Assembly: GCA_013115145.1 (NCBI GenBank)
Contig: JAAPAO010000188.1
Coordinates: 1 to 55,840, forward strand
Direction of reading: 5' to 3'
Length of the DNA: 55,840 nucleotides
From: Perkinsus chesapeaki ATCC PRA-425
Lineage: Eukaryota > Protista > Perkinsozoa
Every line of letters begins with the position of its first letter. Within the stretch, counting starts at the first letter, position 1. The translations under genes and the position numbers were made by a program. A model generated the notes under the pieces. That model did not search any database. It worked only from the letters and a program-made list of their open reading frames with translations, and was not told where the DNA came from. Positions 37,919 to 47,523 of the stretch are shown here, in pieces.

Positions 37919-39553
37919 ATGAGCTCTGATTCCTCCCCTTCAACAGCTTTGAAGGTCGCAGCTGCCGGTGGGGCACTTTTGGCCACCTCGGCGTATCTTT
38001 ACTATGTTTGGTCAACTCGACCTCTCCCGGAAGATGCCTCTTGCGGGTGTTGTTCGAACGAAGATGATCAGGAATCTTGCGGGTGCGGTGGAGAATCTTT
38101 TACAACTACTACTGGTATGCCGGAGCTTGAAGATTTGGATCTGTCGGCGGACTTGACGCCTGTAGCGAGCCGAAGGTCAACGAGGACTGCCGAGGTTGCT
38201 CGCAAGCGACCTCAAAGGGAATCTTTAGAGAGAGACGAAAATCTTCCGGGTGCGGGTCAAAAGATATTCTTCAAAACTTTCGGGTGCAGCCACAACACCA
38301 GCGACTCGGAATATATGATGGGTCTCTTGTCGAGCTATGGATACGATTTTACAAAGCAAATGTCGGAGGCGAACGTCGCGGTTTTAAATTCTTGCACCGT
38401 GAAGAATCCCAGTGAAGATGCTTTGGTCACCCTGGTGAGAGCGGCGGAGAAGGCAGGTGTGCCTTCGGTTGTGTGCGGATGTGTCCCGCAGGCTGATAAG
38501 AGGAATAAGGCACTGCAGAAATCGAGTTTGGTGGGAACAAGTCAGATTGATAGGATTGTGGAAGTGGTTGAGGAGACGTTAAAGGGGAATCGAGTGACAT
38601 TGTTGCATAGTAAGAAATTGCCAGAGCTCCGGGAGCTTCCGAAGATTCGGCGCAATCCGCTGGTCGAGATTGTCCCGGTCAACACGGGATGTCTGGGAAA
38701 ATGCTCATATTGCAAAACTAAGTACGCCAGGGGGTCCTTGGGGTCCTATAGTAGGCAAGATATAGTTGCACGCGTGCGCATGGCTCTGTCGGAGGGGGTG
38801 CAGCAAATCTGGCTCACATCAGAGGATTTAGGGGCGTACGGATTGGATATCAATACGAACATCGCGGAGCTGCTGAAGGAGATCGTGGTCGAGCTGGAAA
38901 AGTATCCTGAGTCGATGATGAGGTTGGGCATGACGAACCCGCCTTATATTTTGGAACACGCTGAGGAGGTAGCTAAGATTCTTGCGCACCCGCAAGTTTT
39001 TGAGTTCATCCATATCCCAATTCAATCCGGCAGCAATGACGTGCTGAGGCATATGATTCGGGAATACACCGTCGAGGACTTCGATCGGCTTGTGGGTATC
39101 TTACGGGCTCGAGTGCCGAACTTGACGGTGGCGACGGACATCATTTGTGGATTCCCGACTGAGTCGGAGGAGAATCATAAGGAGACGTTGGACTTGATAG
39201 AACGTCACAAATTCCCGGTAATTAATATAAGTCAGTTCTACGCGAGACCGGGGACGTCGGCCGCCAGAATTCGACCGAGAATCCCAGGGAAGATCATCAA
39301 GGCTCGCAGCACTGAGGTGACGAATCTTTTCATGTCTTACTCTTTAAATGACAGCCTTTATCGAGTCGGGGAGATCCTGGATATCTGGTTTGATGAGTTG
39401 GACAGCAGAAGGGGACAGACAATTGGGCACACAAAGAGGTATACTAAGGCGATAGTGATTGGAGAAGAGAGCGGTATGATCGGGAAGCGGAGGAGAGCTC
39501 GAGTGGTTGACAACAGCTCCAAATGGCACATTGTAGTATCTGTAGTTCACTGA
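37919..39553 (+). CDS. CDKAL1: Threonylcarbamoyladenosine tRNA methylthiotransferase (radical SAM, MtaB/CDKAL1 type), intronless
   Basis: UPF0004 motifs TFGCSHNTSDSEYM, NSCTVKNPSE and GCVPQA; radical-SAM CLGKCSYC; DIICGFPTE; C-terminal TRAM-like region. First in-frame ATG at 37919. Confidence 0.93.
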   Translation: MSSDSSPSTALKVAAAGGALLATSAYLYYVWSTRPLPEDASCGCCSNEDDQESCGCGGESFTTTTGMPELEDLDLSADLTPVASRRSTRTAEVARKRPQRESLERDENLPGAGQKIFFKTFGCSHNTSDSEYMMGLLSSYGYDFTKQMSEANVAVLNSCTVKNPSEDALVTLVRAAEKAGVPSVVCGCVPQADKRNKALQKSSLVGTSQIDRIVEVVEETLKGNRVTLLHSKKLPELRELPKIRRNPLVEIVPVNTGCLGKCSYCKTKYARGSLGSYSRQDIVARVRMALSEGVQQIWLTSEDLGAYGLDINTNIAELLKEIVVELEKYPESMMRLGMTNPPYILEHAEEVAKILAHPQVFEFIHIPIQSGSNDVLRHMIREYTVEDFDRLVGILRARVPNLTVATDIICGFPTESEENHKETLDLIERHKFPVINISQFYARPGTSAARIRPRIPGKIIKARSTEVTNLFMSYSLNDSLYRVGEILDIWFDELDSRRGQTIGHTKRYTKAIVIGEESGMIGKRRRARVVDNSSKWHIVVSVVH

Positions 39554-39587
39554 AACGTATTGGAGGTATTTTCCGAATGATAAGGTT

Positions 39588-40065
39588 TTAGTTGCATTCT
39601 AGAGGGAGGGCTTCATTCGGGGAGCTGGTGGTCTGGAAATTAATTAGATTTAGGGAAGTATATTTTGGTAACCTCATAGGGATTGCCAAGAGTTCGTAAA
39701 GGATCGGCAGGAGTTGGGCATGTATTCCATGTCTACTCTTGCTCTTATATCCTCTTATCTGGAAACGCATCTGTGAGGTTGGCGCTTGAATAGTTATTCA
39801 GATCATTGTAGGCTATTGCGGAAGTTCACGGTGAGCCCATTTCGAGCTCACCAATGGGGTAAGTATCAGGCATAAATCCGTCGTCCACTTGTGGGAGCTC
39901 GAAGCTGGGGGTGCAGTTTATGTTGCTGGATTCCTCATAACGATAATTTATATTGAGCTGAGTGTCGCAATTCAAAAGATTGAGTGAAGGCCTGAATTCT
40001 CTTTGTAGCGTCCATGTTGCCTCAGTTTCATTATTATGATTTCTAAGCTCACATCGTCGACGAGA
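39588..40065 (-). CDS. Hypothetical protein fragment, convergent with CDKAL1
   Basis: Open exon-like segments (RCELRNHNNETEATWTLQ...PDTYPIG| and HGIHAQLLPILYELLAIP) with splice-like borders. Confidence 0.3.
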
Positions 40066-40389
40066 CTGTCATATGGGGGAGTGATGCGATTGAGGTACTA
40101 GTGGAGATTGAACGGGGAAATGTCCGCAAAATTCCTGGAAAAATTATTGGAAAATTTTTAGGTTTTTTGAAAACAAACTTCATGAAATAAGGCGGAGGAG
40201 GTAGTTGCTGAGCGAATAGTGGAAGATATTTTCTGGGAAATTTTCGGAAATTTCTGGCTCAAATGGGAAAATATAAAATTCGTTCCAGCCGAAAAGTACT
40301 TCTTAAATTTCGGTGCATTTCTCATACCGATTTTTCTTCAAAAAAGGTAGCGGGCATACTTCGATTTCCCGTGAATTTTTTGCCGAGCT

Positions 40390-43300
40390 TATTTTTAGTC
40401 GCGTCTTGCGAAATGAAGCTGCCGTCGCTGTTGAGGTGCAAACCAGAGATTGGGTGTCTCAAGTTGAATATGAATCTCTAGATAGTATCATTAATACCGC
40501 CTATGCGATGGCGAAGGATGATAGGGATAGTTTTAAAAAGGTACGTATATCACGGAGCATTTGCTTCCTCGGCCGGGCGCGAAAGTTTTCTCACGGATTC
40601 GGAAGTCTAGGAAATGGACGGCTCGCAGAGCCACCATGGCTGTTGGATGCCTTGGATGAATTTCCCGAAAAATTTTCGAGAAGTTTCTGGAGATTTTTTT
40701 GGTTAATTGTATCATATGATCGAGGGTAGGAAATATCTATCGCCGGGACTTCCGGAGATATTCAATAGCCTGAAGTGATTTGCCAAAATGACAGTTCTAC
40801 AGAGTCTGGAGATCGAGCTTCAAGTGTTGTAGAGGTGACCCTTTTCTTTCTCTTTGGGCTGTCTTGGGAAGTGTAGGAAAATGTTGCGCAAAAATGTCGG
40901 TACCGGCGATTGAACCTCTAAGACCTGGACGGTCTTAGTCGAACTGATAACTCCTGAAGGACGGGATATGGCTATTTCAGAGGATCGTGCCGTTGATTAA
41001 TAATCATCATTCGTTGTCGGCTCACCACGCCTTGGTGTTGTTATCGATGATGAACGAGAATGGCTGTGTTGATAGAGTAATGGGTGAAAAGATACTCGAG
41101 GCTGTGGAGAATAGGTAGGAGCAAGTAAGATACAAAATAGGTTAAGTTCTGGACATCTCAGGTATTTCTCATCGGAGACGTTCTTTCCTCCGAGAGAGGC
41201 GGATCCGCGGCAGGCTGAGTGGATAAGGGGGATGCTAGTGTCGCAAATGCCAGGTGAGAAGCGAAAGGCCGTGGGTTCAAATCCTGGTGAGGGCATTTCA
41301 GGTGAATTTCAATCCTTTCCGGATTTCCTTTCCTTTGTTCGACCTGATCAACTAGCTAAGCTCATCATTGCAGACGATCTTCGTCTTAAAGATGACTACA
41401 GGGAGCCTCTGAAACATGTAAGAGCTATTCGTTTGCGTAAAGTAAATGATGATCTTTCTCGTGCTGAGTCGATGTGGTGGTGAAGTCGCCGGTTCGATTC
41501 CCATGTTCGGCATTTTTATCGAGAAACAACGAACGGGATTATTGGAAGGAAATTATAAAGTTTTGACTCTGTAAAGAGAAACTAACAGATTGCTCCATGG
41601 TCACTTGAAACGGCAACGTTGGGTCACGGTGTGGCTTCATTATGGCAAGTGTATTGTCAGAGACCGCAGTCAACAGTGCCGTCGAAGGAGAAGGTCACTA
41701 CACGATGGAAAACAATGGACCCAGTGGATATGGAGGTAAGTAGCTGAGCAGGTAGAGCAGCCTGCTTCATATGTGGAGGTCGGTGGTTCTATTCCTGGTC
41801 ATGGTATTTTAGGCTTGGGAGAGGGATAGGTTTTTAAAGGCGCAAATTCCCTTCAAAAGGATGCGACATGTCGAAGCAGATGCGCAGAAATGGAGGATGC
41901 GACCGGGGAACAGGTAGCCAGTTGTTTAGTAATCTTTGGTAATTCCGGAGGTCAGATTGAGGCCAGCATTGGGAGTGCAACTCACCGAGCTGATCGAGAA
42001 GAGCAATAATATCGTCACCTTAGCGCACTTGATGTCGCCTATCTGTTATGTGAGCGAGTAAAACTGCCGAGTTCCGGGATCGAACTTGGGACCTTTGGGT
42101 TGGTAGACACTCTCTCTTCCGAGGGGACTATAAAAGAACTGCAGCGGACGTGTGCGCTAAAGCTGTTATGAAGATGCAGAAGAAGAAGTTGGAGTCATGC
42201 ATTGTGGTGATTGCACTGGTAAGTGACTTGGGAAACACTGTAAGTGTTAGAAATTACAATTATCTAACTTATGAAAGGTCAGAAGGGATTCTCATCTCTC
42301 TGGCGCGAAGTGGCATAAATCATCCTTCTGAGGATCTGATTATCATGCCTGGTAATCTTGCTCAGTCACTCTCACGGTTGTCCTTAACACCGGATCTCCA
42401 CAAGGTTTGGGATGCCGTACTCTTGCCGTCTATTGGCAAGTTGAAGGTCAAGGATCTCACGTCACAGGTGACGAGTGTCTTCGCGTCACGTCACACGTAT
42501 GCCATCCCTGTCAGGCCGTCTTACCCCCGCATCTTCGACTGAGCTCGTCGAGTTCGGTCGAGTTTGATTTGTCAGTTCTGCTCTTCAGAGCATTGGTTCA
42601 GTCTGGGTTCGTACCGAGGACGTCTACGGGCATTGAGGTGAGGTCATCGCCTCGCCGACGTGATCGATTGCTCTGCAGAAAATCTGCGGGTTGCTAAGTA
42701 AAACGTTGAAGTCAAGTGAGGTTGTCCGAGTCGAATCAGTGTCGATGCTGGTTCGTTTAATGTTGAGGGCGGAGATCAACCATAAAGGTTTGAGGGAGCT
42801 GCTTATGGGTAGTTGTCCTCGGTGGGAACCGAAGGAAGCTAATTCGAAGGTAAGGGTGGTACTTTACACCGATAGTCGCGGGCACATGGGCTTAATGCAG
42901 TGCGAGGCGTAAAAAGGGCCGCGTTGTTTCGCGTGCTTGTTAGTTGTTCCGAATCTCTTACTGGCCTCACTTGGGAGGAAGGTGTGCTCCTTTGCCAATA
43001 ATAGAAAGTCTGATACCTCGCTGGAAGGCGCTTTCGGAGAGCCTTCCTGATAGTTGCCAACGTTTTGGTGAAGTTGATGTTATCTCAGTTGCTTGTTTGT
43101 AACTTGTAAGTATCTTGGCAGAGCGATAAAATTGTAATTATAAATTTTGCAGAAGCTGAGGATCCATGAAATTCAAAGAATGTTCGCTGCCTAAAGTTTA
43201 GTGATTTTGTGGCGCGCGACATTTTGGGAGCAGTTGCCTTGGTTGAAGTCAGTAAACCGTGGAGGAATGCAGATTCAATTTTTCTTGAGGAGAAGATTTC

Positions 43301-44150
43301 CCATCTGTATTCATATAATATCTCCTCATTAGTAACAAACTTTAACGGTGAAAGTTTGTTGCGAGATTGAAAATTTCACTCTCAGAGATCACACTTCCGT
43401 GAGACGTGGGTCCACTGTTGTTGGTGGGCACTGCCCAGGCATGTTTATGATAGGAAATGGCAGTAGCAACTGGCTCGTTGATATTCTTGAGAGTTCATTT
43501 CGATAAGAAACCTTTAACGAAGAAGGAGCTTGAAACAGTGTTGGCCTTGTGGAACAGTTGTAAGACGGCTGTGGACGACTTGGCTCAGGTGAGGTCGTTG
43601 GTTCGATCCCGGGGAGGGGTATTTTAATTGTATTTATTCAGGGTGAAAGGCTTTTATTGTTGAACGCTATTCATGCTACGGGTCACCCAGATATACTAGA
43701 AGGCGACGAAGACTACGAAACTGCACTGAGAAGGCATCTTCTTCCGAAGTACTCATACCGCTCTCTCGATTTCTTCTTGAACTTTGTCGGTATACCGCAC
43801 TCGGCACTTTTGGTTAGGCAAACAGCAGCCGTTATTCTTCCTTTTCAGCCCGGACTTCTCGTTGGAAAATCTTGGACAAGTCGGTACATGGCAGGAAGGA
43901 GGCGGCTTAGAGCATTGAGCAACTGTGCATGATTTCAGCGATGTGTTTCTGAATAATGCTTCCTGAAGCTTTGAGTTTTCAAGTCGAGAACCGCCCGGAT
44001 TGAGACTTGAACAAGCGAAGTATTACGGGCCGAACACCTACCAAGTAGCCTAGCCGAAAGGCAACGGACACTTCTATTCGACGAACTATACAGTGGCAAC
44101 CGCAGTACGGGTATCGAACACACTCCTCAGTTGCACGCATTGCCTGAATA
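40390..44150 (+). CDS. Long multi-exon helical hypothetical protein; host of six tRNA-like intronic elements
   Basis: Hand-spliced continuous frame: PEVICQND...VVE|RIVPLIN...ENR|YFSSETF...MPG|EFQSF...PLKH|IAPWSLE...DME|AWERDRF...GNR|LRPALGV...; KPLTKK...LAQ|GERLLLLNA...; last exon ...TPQLHALPE*. The start is uncertain. Confidence 0.65.
40890..40945 (-). other. Antisense tRNA-like 3' end within intron ~40835-40980
   Basis: The minus strand reads CTAAGACC-GTCCA-GGTCTTAG (8-bp hairpin) then AGGTTCAATCGCCGGTACCGACATTTTT, with T54-A73 spacing of 20 nt. Confidence 0.5.
41254..41301 (+). other. 48-nt probable intron made of a tRNA 3' half
   Basis: CAG|GTGAGAAGCGAAAGGCCGTGGGTTCAAATCCTGGTGAGGGCATTTCAG|G has strong splice sites, but it is in frame and stop-free, so retention cannot be excluded. 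Confidence 0.6.
41462..41517 (+). other. tRNA-like fragment inside intron 41418-41588
   Basis: TGCTGAGTCG...GAAGTCGCCGGTTCGATTCCCATGTTCGGCATTTTT, with T54 (41493) to A73 (41512) spacing of 20 nt. Confidence 0.6.
41736..41812 (+). other. 77-nt intron = GTAAG + tRNA body (positions 8-73) + TTTTAG
   Basis: GTAAG-TAGCTGAGCAGGTAGAGCAGCCTGCTTCATATGTGGAGGTCGGTGGTTCTATTCCTGGTCATGGTA-TTTTAG. The phase-0 join is DME|AWE, and retention gives an immediate TGA. Confidence 0.75.
42061..42130 (-). other. Antisense full-spacing tRNA-like body (positions 8-73) within an intron
   Basis: Minus strand TAGTCCCCTCGGAAGAGAGAGTGTCTACCAACCCAAAGGTCCCAAGTTCGATCCCGGAACTCGGCAGTTTT. T8, G18G19, C32T33, A37A38, AGGTC and GTTCGA all fall at canonical offsets. 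Confidence 0.7.
43589..43641 (+). other. 53-nt intron starting with a tRNA 3' part
   Basis: CAG|GTGAGGTCGTTGGTTCGATCCCGGGGAGGGGTATTTTAATTGTATTTATTCAG|G. The phase-0 join is LAQ|GERL, and retention gives a stop. Confidence 0.72.
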
Positions 44151-44299
44151 GACTAATTCAGCCCTGTTCAGCGCTGCACAGTGAACTCACAGCGCGGCAG
44201 AGAGGCTTTATCGAGGTTGAAGATTCCTAGTGAAATAATCCCCAAAACCTCTGGGTTTAGAAGCATATGGGCCCAAGTAGTGGTAGTCATATCGCTGGA

Positions 44300-45000
44300 T
44301 GGTGAGCTCAACATATCGTACTATTTTGCAGGGCTACTGCCATGCTCGTGAACATGCGCCTGTCGGAACTCTGGTGAAGCACAGTCGGATGCGAACAATT
44401 ATTATAAGACTGTTTGTTTCGACAGTTGAAAGTAACAGCTTTCACCTCGTTAATAAATTCATCTTTTACTTGCCAGACGGCGGCAAACGAGGCACGTACT
44501 TTGATAAGGGATATACTTACGTCAATTATCAAGATTGATTCTGGCCTAATATCGACCTTATTCGACGGCACAGCAACGAGAACCAATCTCGAAGGCTCTC
44601 CTCCCACTAGCGACAACATAACTGCTCTGTACTTGTCTCTCGATGTCCTGAAACAGGACAATAACAATCATCCATAGATAGCTTGCCTGCACACTTAGTA
44701 AGTGGTGTTTGGCGAGATAGTGTTTAGCACGTACCTTGGTTCAAGGTCCTTGAACACACCGACGTGGTATAAAATACTCAACTTCGGTACGCAACCTGCG
44801 TCACGCCAAATCTGCATCAGAGCTGAGTCACATTCAGGCACCACAAACGAATACGATAAAGCCCGTTCCATCATACCAATGCGTGGCATGCCGGGCATTA
44901 TCCTCAGAGACATGCTGACGCCCTTCATCAGCCATCAATGCGGCGGACGATCAAATAAGGGACAAATCGTTGGTCACAGCACTGTGACGTATTAGTTAAG
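44300..45000 (+). mobile_element. Possible gag-like retroelement debris
   Basis: Short intronless helical ORF (FRQLKVTAFTSLINSS...LIRDILTSII) among broken frames. No diagnostic motif. Confidence 0.2.
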
Positions 45001-45143
45001 ATGCGGCTTGATTAGTAGCGTTGAGTGTACGCGAGCGATTCCAGAGTAGCACTCGGGCCTACCGCTGTACCGACTACCATGGTATTTAGAACATACTGCT
45101 TCAGAGTATTCGTGAACCCTGTTTGATTATTCTGCATTTTACA

Positions 45144-45905
45144 ATGATCCACGCCTTGTTCATGTGGTCTATCTGCTGGTGGATTTGCAACTGTGCCCAC
45201 CGCAACCACCAGATACGAGATGGGACATATTTCAACCAAGAAGCAGGGATTTGGGTGTATTTCAACCATGGGAAAGTATCAGCTCTCCTTAATGGAGGGA
45301 TGAGCATATTCAAGATGGACTACACTACTTACAAACTCGACGAGAAGACTGGTTTCATCACCATTGATTCCCCAGCTCTTCGTGAGGATGCCTACAAGTC
45401 ATTTCCTTTTGTTAAGCCACTTTGGAACTTAACTTACGTCAAGGCCAAAGATGAAGTGCTACTCAATTACCCAAAAGCTAAGGAACCTATTCACCTTACG
45501 AAGGATGGCAGCCAATATGTAAAGCATCATCGTCCCGGTAACTTAACTTACAAGACTTTCTGTGCATCTACTGATCAAAAAAGGCAGGATGTGGATGCTA
45601 CTATCATGTTCGCGCATCCTACTGCGCCACTCGGTGTATTGACGCTAACAAAAGGTATGTGGATGAGCATGCACGGTGACTATCAGCTACGTGATGGTCC
45701 CTCTGAAGAGCTCAAGCGTATTTGGACTGAGACAATGGACAATTATACTACTCTCGATGATACCCCTTTCATGGAATTTTCGACAATAATGTATTATAAT
45801 ACTAAATTGGATGTTATCAACATGAGCAGCAAATCATCTAACGACTTTTGGATTTTCGAACCTAAAGACATGTCTACCTGTACTCCGTGGGGGGTTGCCC
45901 AGTAG
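45144..45905 (+). CDS. Secreted protein of a lineage-specific multigene family, intronless
   Basis: Signal-like start MIHALFMWSICWWICNC (acaATG at 45144) and an intact ORF. A paralog lies 1.65 kb downstream. Confidence 0.8.
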   Translation: MIHALFMWSICWWICNCAHRNHQIRDGTYFNQEAGIWVYFNHGKVSALLNGGMSIFKMDYTTYKLDEKTGFITIDSPALREDAYKSFPFVKPLWNLTYVKAKDEVLLNYPKAKEPIHLTKDGSQYVKHHRPGNLTYKTFCASTDQKRQDVDATIMFAHPTAPLGVLTLTKGMWMSMHGDYQLRDGPSEELKRIWTETMDNYTTLDDTPFMEFSTIMYYNTKLDVINMSSKSSNDFWIFEPKDMSTCTPWGVAQ

Positions 45906-46788
45906 AACAGGCTTTAGAATAGTCGACTCCTGTGAATGTCACGAGTGTATGGCAATTGTAAGTCGACTAAACAAGTCAAGTCCTTAAATTATTGTCAGAT
46001 CAACAACATAATATCACTTCTTTGTATCCCTATTAAACTTCTTCTATGACAAGGATTGGAATTTGAGTTCAAAGGCGAATAATCAAGTATAAATCGAATA
46101 CGAATACTCTCTCCGACATACCATAAAAATACATGATCTTTCTTGGAGGTATATCACTCCGGCATTGTGCAGGGCACATTGCTCGACAACAATGACTGAA
46201 AACGGGAATTTCGGTTTGAGTTATCGGAAGCAGGCTTTATATTTTTAGAGTCCCATTGAAAATAATATCTAACAATTAAAGACTATGTAACGGTTAGATA
46301 ATCTCTACTAGCCTAGACAGAGGCTAGTTACTAACCTAGTACTGTACTTATAGTGTAGTAGCAGCTGTTCATGCACCTACATGACAACGTGAGATACAAT
46401 TGTTGCCGCGAAATCCGTTACGGCATGTTTCTATCAGATCTGTCACATAGAACCGGTGCCACATTGTCAAGCAATTCTGAATGAACATTGAGCAAATATC
46501 TATCACTGATCCAACGATCGGTTACGGAGCTTACAAGAGAAGCTGGTTGCCAAAAGCACTGTTTGGCAGCCTTAGTATCATATATTTGCCACGGACTTGG
46601 AGTCGGGAGTCGTAGTGTTATCAGCTCTTTCTTCTATACATGCACTACCCGGGTTCCTCTCTGGAGTCCAGAGAAGGACGTGGGTAGTGCACGAGAACTG
46701 CCCAGTCAAAGCGTCCGCTGCGCTCAAGTATTTTGAATGTACTTTTTCAGAGCATTTATCAATCTGTTTAAATATAAAGGGTTCCACA

Positions 46789-47523
46789 ATGATCCGCGCT
46801 TTGCTCATGTGGTCTATTTGCTGGTGCATTGGCTACAGTGGCCACCACAAGCCCCCGATAAGCGATAGAGTGTACTGTAACAGAAAGTATGGGGCTGAGG
46901 TGCATTTCGCTAAAGGGATAGTGTCGCCCTCTCTTGACGGAGAGAAGATCACCTTCGGCCAATACCAAACCGATTACAAATGCGACAAGAAGACTGGTTT
47001 CATCATCATTAATTCCCGAGCTCTTCGTGAGGATGCCTACAAGTAATTTCCTTTTGTTAAGCCACTTTGGAACTTAACTTACGTCAAGGCCAAAGATGAA
47101 GTGCTACTCAATTACCCAAAAGCTAAGGAACCTATTCACCTTACGAAGGATGGCAGCCAATATGTAAAGCATCATCGTCCCGGTAACTTAACTTACAAGA
47201 CTTTCTGTGCATCTACTGATCAAAAAAGGCAGGATGTGGATGCTACTATCATGTTCGCGCATCCTACTGCGCCACTCGGTGTATTGACGCTAACAAAAGG
47301 TATGTGGATGAGCATGCACGGTGACTATGTGCTACGTGATGGTCCCTCTGAAGAGCTCGTATTTGGACTGAGGCAATGGATAATTATACTACTCTCGATG
47401 ATACCCCTTTCATGGAATTTTCAACAATAATGTATTATAATACTAAATTGGATGTTATCAACATGAGCAGCAAATCATGTAAGGACTTTTGGATCTTCGA
47501 ACCTAAAGATTATCAAACATTTT
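46789..47523 (+). pseudogene. Pseudogene paralog of 45144-45905
   Basis: Same start (MIRALLMWSICWCI). It has a TCA>TAA nonsense at 47044-47046 and a 4-nt deletion (ctcaagcgta>ctcgta) near 47358. Confidence 0.88.

Noticed and set aside
41736-41812. Functional tRNA-Sec or opal suppressor
   Set aside because: No 5' acceptor strand, poorly paired anticodon and T stems, T at position 37, and no long variable arm.
2253-44125. Other B-box-like hits (2253 CGTTCGATCC, 3535 GGTTCAATCTC on the minus strand, 33019 GTTCGAATC, 37871 GGTTCAATCG, 44115 GTTCGATAC on the minus strand)
   Set aside because: Most lie in probable coding sequence, and they lack the position-73 A plus T-tract and the upstream AGGTC.
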